From positions 1 to 64,000 of the IMG/VR virus record IMGVR_UViG_3300022689_000130: 64,000 nt of DNA; one strand, given 5' to 3'. A program made the translations under genes and the position numbers. Shown here in pieces: positions 27,712 to 37,765 of the stretch (positions are counted from its first letter, which is position 1; every line of letters starts with the position of its first letter). The stretch comes from a virus. The notes beneath the pieces are model-generated. The model did no database searches, was not told the origin of the DNA, and was given only the letters and a program-made list of their open reading frames with translations.

Positions 27712-27966
27712 TTAACGCTTTCGACCTTCATTAATTTTTCTTATCCCTCGTTGAAACTTTTTAGGGTCTTGTGTGCGAATAGCATTTAGCAGTCTTTTGG
27801 ACAAATCACGAGCCATGTCTTCATCGTAGGTTTCGTTAATGAGGCTTAACAAATTCTCTGTACCAGCAATAATGTTCACAGCTTTACTTTCGATAAAATG
27901 TTCTTTATCTTTGCGTATATCAATGCGACTAATTTCTTCAAGTATGCTTCGAGTATGCTTTTTCAC
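27712..27966 (-). CDS. Hypothetical protein
   Basis: 84 aa, TAAATA upstream. Confidence 0.75.
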   Translation of the reverse strand: MKKHTRSILEEISRIDIRKDKEHFIESKAVNIIAGTENLLSLINETYDEDMARDLSKRLLNAIRTQDPKKFQRGIRKINEGRKR

Positions 27967-28001
27967 TATAACTAGATCCCTTATAATCTTATTTATCTGT
28001 A

Positions 28002-29378
28002 TTATTCAGATTTTCGAAGTATAGCCTTAAGCTTGTCGGCACTGTTAATCGCTTTCTCTGTGTTATTACTCTTTTCAGTTGTATTGGCGCGGCGCTTGCT
28101 AAGTTTGTCGTATAGTGCATTGCTAGTTGCGGTTTCAGAATCATCTTCGTCTTCGTCAAGGTCAGTGATTCTCAAGCTATCAATATCGAACGCCAGATCG
28201 AGCTTTTGTCCCACGCCCGAACTTGAACGTGTTTTCATGAATTGCACTTGCACCCGCCCGCGCTCCCGCATCGCACGACTAGAAAAGATACCGATTAGGT
28301 TGTCTGCTGTATTGATTTTACTGATACCACCAGCAATGTGGCTGTGATCAAACTCTACTTCGTCAACAGCGCCACGATTAAGTTGGCTTGCTGTTGCAAA
28401 CAGATAGTCGCCCTCAATAGACAGGTTGCGCAGTTCTTCCGAAACGTGCTTGTCCTTGAGAAATACATTATCTGCGCTAACCTTGGCTTTGGCTGGCGTC
28501 ATAAGGTCTAGATAGTCCACAAGTATAGCATCAACTTTGAGGTCATGCTGAATTTGAAATTCTTTGACATATGCTCTAATATCGTTGACATCAATGCCGC
28601 TGGGCATCTGGATGATTTGCAGCTTGCCTGACTTTTTGGCCTTCATGCTAACTTTGAGCGCGACATCTTCAATGTTCTTGAACAGCTCTTTTGTACTCTT
28701 GCCCGTGAGCATACTGTCCAGACGCATAGAGCAGAGATCTTCACTAAGTTCTAGGCTGATGTAGAGAACATTGAACCCTTTTTCAACCCAGTTAAGGGCA
28801 AGGTTTTGAAGGAAAAGTGATTTACCTGCACCACTACCACCAGCAAAGATGTTTAGCTCTCCGCGGTTAAAGCCACCGTATAGATGGAAGTCAATGTCGC
28901 GCCAGCCCGTGCTAGTGCCGCCCTTTTTATCCATGATACGCTGAAGGCGTTCTGCAGGATTTTCCCAATAGTTTGTGCCAAGTTCTTTTGCAAGACCAAT
29001 TTGTACGGCGTTCTTGATTAAGTCTTCAACTGCACCATATTCCTGTTTCTCAAGCATATCAGTTGACTTGAGGATTGCTGCTTCGATTGCTTTATGCCTA
29101 CAAAAGCGTTCAAAGTCATTGAGAAACCATTTGCGGTGATCCTCACTCGCCCGGCCGATATCTTGTAACTCTAGTCCAGTTTTCGCCTTAATTTGCTTGA
29201 GCTCAGGAACCGAACCATATTCGTCAGCATACTCCCGAACAAACTTGACACTATCACGTATGCTACGATCAAAAAAATCTTCATTCAAAATGTTGTTACA
29301 ACGCACGAACAGTTCATGATCGCTCACCAAAAATTCCAAGTAAAGCTGTTGTAATTCTGTATTATACTCTTCAGCCAT
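28002..29378 (-). CDS. Replicative DnaB-like helicase (T4 gp41-like)
   Basis: Walker A GGSGAGKS, ISLEL, VDYLDLM, TASQLNR, KTR. Confidence 0.95.
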   Translation of the reverse strand: MAEEYNTELQQLYLEFLVSDHELFVRCNNILNEDFFDRSIRDSVKFVREYADEYGSVPELKQIKAKTGLELQDIGRASEDHRKWFLNDFERFCRHKAIEAAILKSTDMLEKQEYGAVEDLIKNAVQIGLAKELGTNYWENPAERLQRIMDKKGGTSTGWRDIDFHLYGGFNRGELNIFAGGSGAGKSLFLQNLALNWVEKGFNVLYISLELSEDLCSMRLDSMLTGKSTKELFKNIEDVALKVSMKAKKSGKLQIIQMPSGIDVNDIRAYVKEFQIQHDLKVDAILVDYLDLMTPAKAKVSADNVFLKDKHVSEELRNLSIEGDYLFATASQLNRGAVDEVEFDHSHIAGGISKINTADNLIGIFSSRAMRERGRVQVQFMKTRSSSGVGQKLDLAFDIDSLRITDLDEDEDDSETATSNALYDKLSKRRANTTEKSNNTEKAINSADKLKAILRKSE

Positions 29379-29686
29379 TAGCCGTATATGATTCCTCTTG
29401 CCCGTAGCATCCTGATATCGTATTCACCTTCGTGTTCTTTATTCATTAGCTTAAACATAACATATTCTTCTGGTGTAAAATAGATACGGTAGTTTCCTAT
29501 ATCTAGTAGCGGTACCGTAGAGATCATGCCGCCACCTGTGTTTGAAAACGAGTTGATGACAGATGCAGACGCTGCGTCGACGAAACGTATGTCTACCTGA
29601 ACTGCAACCTGCTCCCATAATGGGGTCTTAAACCATGACCATCTTGGTTCTATAATCCACACTTCATTTATTTCAACCGCTTGCAT
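29378..29686 (-). CDS. Hypothetical protein
   Basis: 102-aa ORF coupled between primase and helicase. Confidence 0.65.
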   Translation of the reverse strand: MQAVEINEVWIIEPRWSWFKTPLWEQVAVQVDIRFVDAASASVINSFSNTGGGMISTVPLLDIGNYRIYFTPEEYVMFKLMNKEHEGEYDIRMLRARGIIYG

Positions 29687-30697
29687 TTACTTCAAAAATT
29701 TCTTTGACAAGACCCTAATCCTTGTTGGGTTATCAGTAGCACTTGAAAGTGCCGACTTGAGCACAAATGATCTGCCATATGCTTGTGCTGCTGCATTTGC
29801 ATCCTTGTGTTCGAGTAACCACTCTGGAAAGCTTACAAACCAGCCTTGTTTAATGGCTGGCTCTATCAATGCACGGCCTGGGCGATCACCATCAGGAAGC
29901 AAAACGGTCTTTCGCCTAAGCTGGTTGATCAAGCTTGCTTGTTCATCACTAAGGCTGTTACTTCCCAATGCTACTGCGTCAATACTTATAGCATCGAAAT
30001 CACCTTCCACTACGACCACAGCATTTCGGTCAGGTATTTGTCGATCAAGATTGAATACATAGTGAGGTGGCTTACGCACCAGATATTTGGGCGTTCCTTC
30101 TGGTGGATTACCAATAAATCTAGCATTATGTCCGACCACTTTTCCTGCATAACGATATGGCAAAATGATGCGCTTGCGATATCTGAAGTCAGCACTGGTA
30201 TATGCCCAATCATGCCAGTGCAGTAAATCTCTGTCGCTCAACATCAACAATGCTTTTTCAAAGTTGGCGTGCATTTGGGCAGGCGCGACTTCAGTCAAAA
30301 ATTCTATCCCGTCTGGTAATGCTACTGTAGGCCATTTAGGCTCAAACGGTGGTGGCTCAGCAGCAACAGGATTGAGCAACCGTGCTGTTTCTTCTTCGCG
30401 TAGTAGCTCTAAGCTTGCTCGCTGTAGGTCAGCTTCCTCACATCCAAATTGCTTGAGCAACTTCTTGACTTTACCGCCCATGTGACTGCCTGCTTTCCAT
30501 CCAGTCTTGTAGCCACAATTGAAGCAGTGATATACCCACTCATCATCACTAAAATGAAACCCGCCACGTCGCTTGCGGTCAGGTCTGCTTTCTCCATTGA
30601 TTACGCACACAGGACAGTTTCCAGAAACCCAGCCTGTACTGTTCTGGCGCCAGTCTGAAGGCAGACGTGATCGTACGAAATCTACGAAAAAATGCAT
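29687..30697 (-). CDS. DNA primase (gp61/DnaG-like)
   Basis: Zn finger CPVC...HCFNC, TOPRIM VVEGDFDA, PDGD, KDAN; start reassigned to MHFFVD. Confidence 0.92.
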   Translation of the reverse strand: MHFFVDFVRSRLPSDWRQNSTGWVSGNCPVCVINGESRPDRKRRGGFHFSDDEWVYHCFNCGYKTGWKAGSHMGGKVKKLLKQFGCEEADLQRASLELLREEETARLLNPVAAEPPPFEPKWPTVALPDGIEFLTEVAPAQMHANFEKALLMLSDRDLLHWHDWAYTSADFRYRKRIILPYRYAGKVVGHNARFIGNPPEGTPKYLVRKPPHYVFNLDRQIPDRNAVVVVEGDFDAISIDAVALGSNSLSDEQASLINQLRRKTVLLPDGDRPGRALIEPAIKQGWFVSFPEWLLEHKDANAAAQAYGRSFVLKSALSSATDNPTRIRVLSKKFLK

Positions 30698-30704
30698 TGT
30701 TACA

Positions 30705-30733
30705 AGTATATTATAATCAAATGCTTCAGTCAA
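30705..30733 (-). promoter_or_regulatory. Sigma70-type promoter, leaderless primase transcript
   Basis: TTGACT-N17-TATACT-N7-ATG. Confidence 0.7.
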
Positions 30734-30875
30734 TAGTAAGCTTTTCTAAAAGCATATAAGCAACGTGTATAATACAAGGAAATTAGTAATGCCTGAAAGA
30801 TTACAAACGATTCAAGGGTGATTGGATTGGTGTCCTAAGAACGTCCTCTTACGTTGGGCACAGATTAATATCATT

Positions 30876-31313
30876 TCAAATATTAAGACTAATTGTCGTA
30901 GTATCTAATACTTCTAACACAAAACGTGGCTTGCTACGGATGGTCTGCGCTAGGATAATGCGTCCGCGATCGTCTGTCACCTCGATGACTAGGCTGTATA
31001 GCCCAGGCTCAAATGCGCTGTTAGCTGCGGCATTAATTACCAAGCTAGCTGCACCGTCTGTGAGCGGATCAGCTACCATTGTGCCGTTCCACACTTCCAC
31101 GTTTTCAGTGTTGTAGATACGTGCGGTGATAGTTTGGCCAATAGTGAGATATGCTCGCTGACGATGATCGCGGAATGCAAAGTATAGAATTGAATCCCAG
31201 CCTTTTGTGATCTGTATAGGATCTGGGTTATCGCTACCTACACGATATGTACCGCTACGTTGGTCATTGACAGGACTGGCAATGTATGGTGTATAATAAG
31301 CGTAAACTGTCAT
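30876..31313 (-). CDS. Probable virion structural protein (beta-sandwich)
   Basis: Start at MTVYAY 5 nt after TAAATA; PGLYSLVIEV. Confidence 0.55.
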   Translation of the reverse strand: MTVYAYYTPYIASPVNDQRSGTYRVGSDNPDPIQITKGWDSILYFAFRDHRQRAYLTIGQTITARIYNTENVEVWNGTMVADPLTDGAASLVINAAANSAFEPGLYSLVIEVTDDRGRIILAQTIRSKPRFVLEVLDTTTISLNI

Positions 31314-31360
31314 ACCAATATTTATCAATCTGTCAAGATGTCTTGTGCATAAATATCCGC

Positions 31361-31741
31361 ATGGCAGAAAACAATAAACTAGAAAAATTGCTTGACGAGT
31401 ATCCTTTTTTGACCGTGGCAGTATATGGCAAAAATGAATATCTTGGCATTATACAAAATCAGGACGGGAACCTGATCTCAATGTATGTATTTGAAGAAAT
31501 CAAAACACCAGAGCTTCGTAGGAAGTTCTTAGAGTATGGGGCTGAGTGGTGGTGGGAAACAAATCGTTTGATTCCGATTAACATTATTCTTGGAAAACGA
31601 TTTGAGCCATTTAAGAATTGCTTACGTACATTCAATATCAAGGATTTTGAGATCAAATACGGACCTAGTGTATGTCTCAAAGACATTATGCAGAAGCGCG
31701 TAAAAAGAAAAAACGTTCAGCTAATTAGAAAAATAGATTAG
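31361..31741 (+). CDS. Hypothetical protein (divergent, late promoter)
   Basis: MAENNKLEK..., YPFLT, EYLGIIQN, WWWETNRLIPI; TAAATA at 31350-31355. Confidence 0.8.
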   Translation: MAENNKLEKLLDEYPFLTVAVYGKNEYLGIIQNQDGNLISMYVFEEIKTPELRRKFLEYGAEWWWETNRLIPINIILGKRFEPFKNCLRTFNIKDFEIKYGPSVCLKDIMQKRVKRKNVQLIRKID

Positions 31742-32436
31742 ACGTGTCCTCCGAACTGGGCGGTCTCATATTGCATCACGTCATTGACGACTCGTCGATC
31801 AATGTAGTTCATCAGTAACATGTATCTTTTGGTGGCAGTTATATTTGGCATTTGGCTATGTAATGTTCGTGCATCCCACATCAACATATCACCAAAATGA
31901 ACCACTGGCTGAATTGCCTCTTGTATAAACTGCTCGGTATATTCGCCACGATAACAACGATCGATCTCCCAAACACGTTTATGACTTCCTGGCAAAAATG
32001 CAGTAGAGCCGCTGTTTTCCGTAAATTCGTGCAGCGGTATAGCAATCTGTATGCCGAGAAGTCGCCGGTCACGATTCCAGGGTGCATGACGATGTGGTGT
32101 ATCTACATGAGGGCGTGGGCCGGAACTTAGCGGTGTTAATACGCTGCAATCTGCGTGATAGAAAACAGGGTCGTCCATAAACTCTTCCACAAACTGATCA
32201 GTTACTTCTCTAACATTAGAAATTTGATTATGATCATTCAGCGGCAGAGTCCAGTAGTTTGACCACTCAACGTTTTCATGGTATGTGGCATAGTAATTTC
32301 CGTCGCGGTCGTGTCCTCGCTGTGGAATGTCCCAGCTAATCTTGGTATGAGAGATGTCATACAATAACATCTGATCGAATTTTTGTCTGAACACTGTAAA
32401 CCCTTGTTCGACCATATTTTTGTGATACTCAGCCAT
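31738..32436 (-). CDS. Phytanoyl-CoA dioxygenase-like 2OG-Fe(II) oxygenase
   Basis: PHVD, NSGST.FLPGSH, GDMLMWDARTLH, N.T..KR. Confidence 0.88.
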   Translation of the reverse strand: MAEYHKNMVEQGFTVFRQKFDQMLLYDISHTKISWDIPQRGHDRDGNYYATYHENVEWSNYWTLPLNDHNQISNVREVTDQFVEEFMDDPVFYHADCSVLTPLSSGPRPHVDTPHRHAPWNRDRRLLGIQIAIPLHEFTENSGSTAFLPGSHKRVWEIDRCYRGEYTEQFIQEAIQPVVHFGDMLMWDARTLHSQMPNITATKRYMLLMNYIDRRVVNDVMQYETAQFGGHV

Positions 32437-32565
32437 ATCTTTTGATTTCTTCTAACAATTCATTAACCGTTAATTCGCTATTAGCCCATTTTTACTGTTG
32501 CGCAACCTTACGACATTTACGAGCATACGATCGATAATCTTTAGCATCTTTAGCTGTTATTAAAA

Positions 32566-33147
32566 TCACAAGCTATCGTTTTGTATCTGTTCAACAAGCA
32601 AATTCATATGTAATTTCACTGACAATGCATAAGCCGTAGCATGAGAACGTTTGAACGCATAAGTTCCATCTTTTGGCCGTGTCCAAACATGTTGCATCAC
32701 ATAGTCCCAATCCTTGCCTATTAAATGTCGTTTGGCTGGGCGAATCATAGCTAGCACGGCTGCTAGCTGTGGCAGGCTTCTTGGCTTCATCTGTTTGCAT
32801 ATATCATGATGCCCGCTCATATGAAATACCATGTCACAGAAGTCCTTTTCTTCAAGCAACTCCCAAACAGGCTCGCGCTCTAGCAATTCGTTCTGATGTG
32901 CTTCGTCACGAACGCCCTTGTAAATACTTAAGTTGAGCACATCAATCTTAAAGTACCCCATGTCTTCAGCTTCTTGATAGTCGATGGTGCAACGCCCAGT
33001 GAATGGATCAGATGGCACGTCGTGAAAATAGACACCGGTGTTGTGTTTTCGGTCGCCATTCTTAGCGACTACATGCGGGAATAGTTTGAGAACCTGATCT
33101 CTGTCAGGCACGTCAATGTCAATGTCAGTTACTGTCTTCATAGCCAT
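32566..33147 (-). CDS. Miniature DNA polymerase III alpha (DnaE)-like protein
   Basis: DIDID, KHNTGVY, FKIDVL, LAMIRP, YAFKRSHATAY. Confidence 0.85.
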   Translation of the reverse strand: MAMKTVTDIDIDVPDRDQVLKLFPHVVAKNGDRKHNTGVYFHDVPSDPFTGRCTIDYQEAEDMGYFKIDVLNLSIYKGVRDEAHQNELLEREPVWELLEEKDFCDMVFHMSGHHDICKQMKPRSLPQLAAVLAMIRPAKRHLIGKDWDYVMQHVWTRPKDGTYAFKRSHATAYALSVKLHMNLLVEQIQNDSL

Positions 33148-33452
33148 GTTAACTTAAATAGTATGTAAGTTTTTTTGTCCTTAAAAACCAAATATGTATT
33201 ATGCATTTCGACATCATGTTCTTGGCACCAGTTTACCAACTCACAAAAAAACATTGTGCGAGGTAAATGACTCCTAATGAACACCTTAACACTACCGTTT
33301 TCGGTAAGTTCTGGACGAAAAAAAGATGGAGTCTGAGGTAGGTTATAGTAGCTGTTAGGCCTCAACTGGCTTCCACATCCTTGCAAACTTGAGCACGTTG
33401 GGACGTTCGTCGTCATCCATTGGCAACACAACCGCGCAACTCTTTTCAGCAT
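33138..33452 (-). CDS. Hypothetical protein (start uncertain)
   Basis: C-terminal LVFKDKKTYILFKLTWL resembles ends of small jumbo-phage ORFs; overlaps upstream gene. Confidence 0.45.
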   Translation of the reverse strand: MLKRVARLCCQWMTTNVPTCSSLQGCGSQLRPNSYYNLPQTPSFFRPELTENGSVKVFIRSHLPRTMFFCELVNWCQEHDVEMHNTYLVFKDKKTYILFKLTWL

Positions 33453-33702
33453 TGAGCGTGGTGTTTTCGTGTCCTAACCAACATGGCAGCTCGCTAATCT
33501 TGGCAAACTCCTTGCGATTGACTCGCAGTGTTACCTTTTTGTAGCTGTTCTCGAGCCAGTCTTGATAGTCATCAAATTCGTCAGTGCCTAGCTTTTCTAT
33601 ATCAGCAAAATACATATGAGCATTAATCACACTGTGCGCAACAAGAGTAGGCACTATAAAATCTGGCACCTCGTCTAGCACTGCGATATACATCTTCTTC
33701 AT
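33355..33702 (-). CDS. Peptidyl-tRNA hydrolase (PTH2)-like protein
   Basis: KMYIAV, VAHSV, WL..SYKKVTLRV, CAVVLP follow the PTH2 layout. Confidence 0.55.
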   Translation of the reverse strand: MKKMYIAVLDEVPDFIVPTLVAHSVINAHMYFADIEKLGTDEFDDYQDWLENSYKKVTLRVNRKEFAKISELPCWLGHENTTLNAEKSCAVVLPMDDDERPNVLKFARMWKPVEA

Positions 33703-34364
33703 CCGCTTGCTCCTAATATCTCTTCTATCCAGTCAACGTCTCTGCGGCTTAATTCAATCTTGCGCTGCCAGTATGAGAGATCAATTGTGTTGGCAATATC
33801 TTCTAATAATTCTATAGGAAGCTCGTCTAACGCCCGTTTGGCTTGACTGTATCCTAAGAATACCCAGGGCGAAATCTTACCCATCTTGATATCATTCACC
33901 AGAGTGTGGGGCTTAGCACCGACCCAATACTCACTCCAGTGATACCCTGTGCGTTGGCTCCATGCGTCTGCATGTATAACGAACCGTTCAAGTGCCCGCT
34001 CGGCTGTTTCTCGCTTGCTCTGCTCGGCTAGATACTGGTTATATACGCTGTCTTTGCACCAACGGTCAACGGGGACTTTTTTCTTGATTAACCAATCAAG
34101 ATAGCGTTCTGGCGCAAGGACGCGGGTCTCTAGCACATACATACCAAAGCGAACGAACGCCCCATAATATTGACTTTTCATGAACTCACGATAGTCACGT
34201 TGCTTACTTGCCCCCATAGCGATGCGATACCAGTCGTTAAAGAATTTATGACCAAGACGAACATGCTTCTCGTCTTTTTGCAGCCACCTTTTCTTGTCAC
34301 GACACATGTGAGCACTCAAAGCACTCTCACGTTTGAATACCTTGTTACAGTATTCACATTTCAT
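33699..34364 (-). CDS. Zinc-finger protein
   Basis: N-terminal CEYC..F..E..L..H.C; GKISPW. Confidence 0.75.
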   Translation of the reverse strand: MKCEYCNKVFKRESALSAHMCRDKKRWLQKDEKHVRLGHKFFNDWYRIAMGASKQRDYREFMKSQYYGAFVRFGMYVLETRVLAPERYLDWLIKKKVPVDRWCKDSVYNQYLAEQSKRETAERALERFVIHADAWSQRTGYHWSEYWVGAKPHTLVNDIKMGKISPWVFLGYSQAKRALDELPIELLEDIANTIDLSYWQRKIELSRRDVDWIEEILGASG

Positions 34365-34831
34365 TTGAGCATTTCTTTTATTTGCTTATCGCTCAAACCG
34401 CTGTCTTGCAAGTTCTGCTTGACGGCGTCACGGTCCATGCTGTCTAGCAGCATATCAATCTCATCGTCGTTAAGATGAGGATAGCGTGTCACGAACACAT
34501 CATATAACTTTTGATTGGCTTTGTTTGAGTCGCGCCGACGTTTGCCTGGTTTGATCCAGGCATGGAATTGATTGGTGCCAATGCCTACACATTGCATAAG
34601 GCGCATCTGCAATTCGGGATGATGCCTCAAGTCGTTGAAGTGCACATTGACGAGCTCGTTAGTCATCGTCAAATAGTGGTGGTTGATCTCTTCTACTTTA
34701 CTGCTCGTGCTAGAACAGTATCGCATGAGAACCCACATACTTAGAGACTTTCGCTCCTCGTCAGTGAGTGATGCATACCATCCAAATTTGCGACGATCAA
34801 TCGCAGCCATTTCTTCTTTAATTGTTGGCAT
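34361..34831 (-). CDS. Probable clamp loader small subunit (gp62-like)
   Basis: WVLMRY.S, NELVN, HPELQ, F(H)AWIK, late helical region as in gp62. Confidence 0.55.
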   Translation of the reverse strand: MPTIKEEMAAIDRRKFGWYASLTDEERKSLSMWVLMRYCSSTSSKVEEINHHYLTMTNELVNVHFNDLRHHPELQMRLMQCVGIGTNQFHAWIKPGKRRRDSNKANQKLYDVFVTRYPHLNDDEIDMLLDSMDRDAVKQNLQDSGLSDKQIKEMLK

Positions 34832-34970
34832 CGTTCTCTCTCGCTGTGTAGTAGACCCGACATGTTCAGTATATACATGAACGGGCGATTATCATAGTAT
34901 GTTGTGCCATCCAAAGTTGGTAGCTGGCCCGGAAATAGTGGCAGGCAGGGTGCGTATACGATTACACCAT

Positions 34971-35471
34971 TTACCATAGCTCGCTTATGTCGAGGACATC
35001 AGGGATCTTGTTTGTCTCCTTGACAAAGAATGCGCAGTGGCTTCTTGGCTCATCGCTTAGCGGGACCGCTAGCAGATGCCCTTGTTTGAGTTTGGGGAAG
35101 TGCCATTTGACTTCGCTGTAGATGTTCGTAATCTCGATCGGTTGATATCTTGGCATATAGCTCGAGATAGGATTGATGGTGAACGCTGAGAACCCTCTGT
35201 CATTGAGTGACGTGATAGGTATAACCTCAGGATCGCCAATCTCGCTGTCGCATATGATAAGGCTCCAGTCGATCGGCATTTTGAATGAATAGTCTCCTAC
35301 TTTCAACACTGCTGCTGGTGCGTTGAAGATCTCAAGGAACACTAGTGGCATGAAGTAATAATCAGGATTACTCTTGTCACTGTAGTCTAAGACGCAATAG
35401 CGAATGTCATCAATCTCTTCAGGTACAAAGTCGAGTTCGTACGGAGTATTGTCAGAAGTCAATATGCGCAT
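34971..35471 (-). CDS. Hypothetical protein
   Basis: 166 aa, PLVFLE, MPIDW, WHFPKL. Confidence 0.8.
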   Translation of the reverse strand: MRILTSDNTPYELDFVPEEIDDIRYCVLDYSDKSNPDYYFMPLVFLEIFNAPAAVLKVGDYSFKMPIDWSLIICDSEIGDPEVIPITSLNDRGFSAFTINPISSYMPRYQPIEITNIYSEVKWHFPKLKQGHLLAVPLSDEPRSHCAFFVKETNKIPDVLDISELW

Positions 35472-36073
35472 AATTCATCCCATTCATTCTCCCAAATCTC
35501 AATTAACTGAAATCCTGCACTTTGTATTTTTTTACGTTTTTGTTGAGTCATTTCATATAATTCCTCGAATAATTTTCCATTCTTTCCATTACGATCATTT
35601 AAATTAAAAATTTTTGGATTACCATGCCAAAAATCTCCCCAAAACTCATATACAACATTCCCAACTAAAGCATCAACTATAAATCTTTGTCCATCAATAT
35701 ATATCACTTTCTGTCTATTTTCAAAACCGACATTCATTGAATCCAGCCAAGAAATTTCTTTCCAAGAACGATTTCCAGAAAAACAATATGGACATCCCCT
35801 TTGGTAGGTAATATGCGATTTAGGAGAAATATGAAATGCTCCATGGATCTTACATTTTACAATCACGTCCGAATAATTATTAATATAATCAACCTTTGTA
35901 TAGTCATACCGATTTTTATGAATGACGTTTGCTTCAGAAATGAATTTATCATTTGATTTTCGTAATGTTTTATAACCACTCTATGTAATTAACGTGTGAA
36001 ACATCCAAGCCTAATTTATCAGGATATTTTTCAATAAATCTTCTAAGAAAAGTTTTAGTATTTAATTTTTCAT
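35459..36073 (-). pseudogene. Degenerate homing endonuclease (DUF723 repeat plus Vsr-like nuclease)
   Basis: AT-rich; ATG at 36073 stops after 3 codons; other frames give KLNTKTFL... and HKNRYDYTKVDY...CKIHG...GCPYC...VDAL...EFWGDFWHG...IWE. Confidence 0.7.
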
Positions 36074-36092
36074 TATATTTCCAAATTGTCTA

Positions 36093-37616
36093 CTAAAACC
36101 TATTATCTTTCCAATCTACCTTTTTCATTGAAAATGGATATTGTGCCTTTCGATAATATTTTTTACGTTCAGTTAAATGACGTTTTGAAAATTTAGCATT
36201 GCTACAAAGATCGATAATTCGAACGAAGTCTTTGTCTTTTGCGCGGCGCAAGCCACGCCCTATACTTTGGATCACGCGAACGAAGCTCTTGCCTGGTTCG
36301 ATAAGCATGAGGTTGAAGATACGCGGCACGTTGATGCCCACGGCTGCAACACCGTAGGTAGCGATGATGATCTTGTCGTTATTGCTTGAGATGTCTTTGT
36401 AGTGCTCACGGCGCTCTTCGTTTTTCATCTCACCACTGATGAACACAGTGCGGTCTTCTGGCAGTCGTTCAAGCAAGCCTTTGCCTGACTTAACACGGTC
36501 AACCAACACAAGAGTATTGCCGCTCTCAGCCGCTGCCAAGATCAACTTTGCCATGTAGTCCAATCTATCGCTATCTGTGGTGAGGTATGACAACTCTGTC
36601 TGATAGTTGTCGTAATGGACACTGTCTTGCATCTGTATGATGTCGACGTGGCAGTTTGCAAGTATGCCGTCTGCCTGTAGTGTCTGCGCTGCTAGTTCGC
36701 CCACTGTGGGTCCAACGCCTACCTTGAGGCTAACCGCAGCATGTTCTTCTGGCGGCACTGTTCCTGTTAGACCCCATCTAATTGGTATGTTGCGGAACGG
36801 TCCAATCAGCATTTTGCGCAAAATTTCAGCTTGTGCCCCGTGACACTCATCAACAATCACAGCCATAACACCACGTGTGAAGTCCTCTAGGCTCATGTCG
36901 CTCTTGCCGCTCTTGTGATTCTTCTGGATCACTTCCAAACTTTGCCAAGTGCAGATGGTATGAGTGCGGTCGAGCTCTTTGCGGTCTCCGTAATACACCC
37001 CGACGTCTAGGCCAAGGTTCTTGTAATCGTCTTCTGTCTGTGTGACGAGGCCTTTGTTGGGCACAATGACGATTGTGCGGGCGCCGCCATCCAAGCCAGT
37101 AGCCATCTTATACATCACCAGCTTCTCGTCCGTGAGACTGCGCTGAACAAGGTCGCTCAGCGCAGCCGTTACCAACGTTTTTCCGGCGCCGGTCCCTACC
37201 TCCTGCACACCAACTTGATTTTCAATAAACCGATTTACAATATTCAGCTGGTAGTCTCGCAGTATGATAGGCTCGCCTGCAACAGGATGGCCTTCAGGCC
37301 ATACGCGATCGCTGAAATGATCGACATCGATTGGTTGTAGGTCGATGTCGTATCTTATGCGGTTGTCTGTCAGAGACACTTCATATCCCTCGTCAACTAG
37401 AACAGGGAGAATGTCTTCAAGTAGATTGACGTATGTTTTGCCGCCTATAGCGAAGAAGTTGATCTTGCCGTCCCAACGGCCCATTCGATAAGCGGGTGTG
37501 TGCCTGGCGTATGGCAAAATAAAACTAAACTTGTCATGTAACTTTCTTCTAGTAGATGTGCTGAGACCGTGAATTTTGCAATTCACTTCATCGAGCAGTT
37601 CGATTTTTGCTTGCAT
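36093..37616 (-). CDS. uvsW: SF2 DNA helicase UvsW
   Basis: WDGKI, LRDYQ, TGAGKT, VDECH, GLTGT, QSIGRGLR; start reassigned to MQAKIE. Confidence 0.95.
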   Translation of the reverse strand: MQAKIELLDEVNCKIHGLSTSTRRKLHDKFSFILPYARHTPAYRMGRWDGKINFFAIGGKTYVNLLEDILPVLVDEGYEVSLTDNRIRYDIDLQPIDVDHFSDRVWPEGHPVAGEPIILRDYQLNIVNRFIENQVGVQEVGTGAGKTLVTAALSDLVQRSLTDEKLVMYKMATGLDGGARTIVIVPNKGLVTQTEDDYKNLGLDVGVYYGDRKELDRTHTICTWQSLEVIQKNHKSGKSDMSLEDFTRGVMAVIVDECHGAQAEILRKMLIGPFRNIPIRWGLTGTVPPEEHAAVSLKVGVGPTVGELAAQTLQADGILANCHVDIIQMQDSVHYDNYQTELSYLTTDSDRLDYMAKLILAAAESGNTLVLVDRVKSGKGLLERLPEDRTVFISGEMKNEERREHYKDISSNNDKIIIATYGVAAVGINVPRIFNLMLIEPGKSFVRVIQSIGRGLRRAKDKDFVRIIDLCSNAKFSKRHLTERKKYYRKAQYPFSMKKVDWKDNRF

Positions 37617-37623
37617 GTTGATA

Positions 37624-37652
37624 ATAATACACTTTTTGTCTAAGAATGTCAA
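37624..37652 (-). promoter_or_regulatory. Sigma70-type promoter, leaderless uvsW transcript
   Basis: TTGACA-N17-TATTAT-N7-ATG. Confidence 0.75.
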
Positions 37653-37669
37653 CTACTTATTCATAGACA

Positions 37670-37700
37670 ATTGCAGGTCGGGCTTAGCCCGACCTGCAAT
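37670..37700. terminator. 14-bp hairpin, probable terminator
   Basis: ATTGCAGGTCGGGC-tta-GCCCGACCTGCAAT. Confidence 0.7.
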
Positions 37701-37765
37701 ACCAACCAGGGGTGCAATGATGGAAAGGAGATGATACTGGCTGGTGTTCCTAAACTATAATGGAA

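Noticed and set aside
32429-32569. AT-rich spacer reading VILITAKDAKDYRSYARKCRKVAQQ*KWANSELTVNELLEEIKRYG
   Set aside because: May be another deleted endonuclease remnant, but has an internal stop and too little sequence to support a call
34741-34977. 78-aa ORF between two conserved genes
   Set aside because: Overlaps the gp62-like gene by about 90 nt and has no recognisable motif; cannot be supported
35970-36095. Frame continuing after uvsW TAG-TAG into endonuclease-like sequence (possible readthrough fusion)
   Set aside because: Two consecutive stops and the frame closes after about 38 codons; better explained as a frameshifted endonuclease remnant
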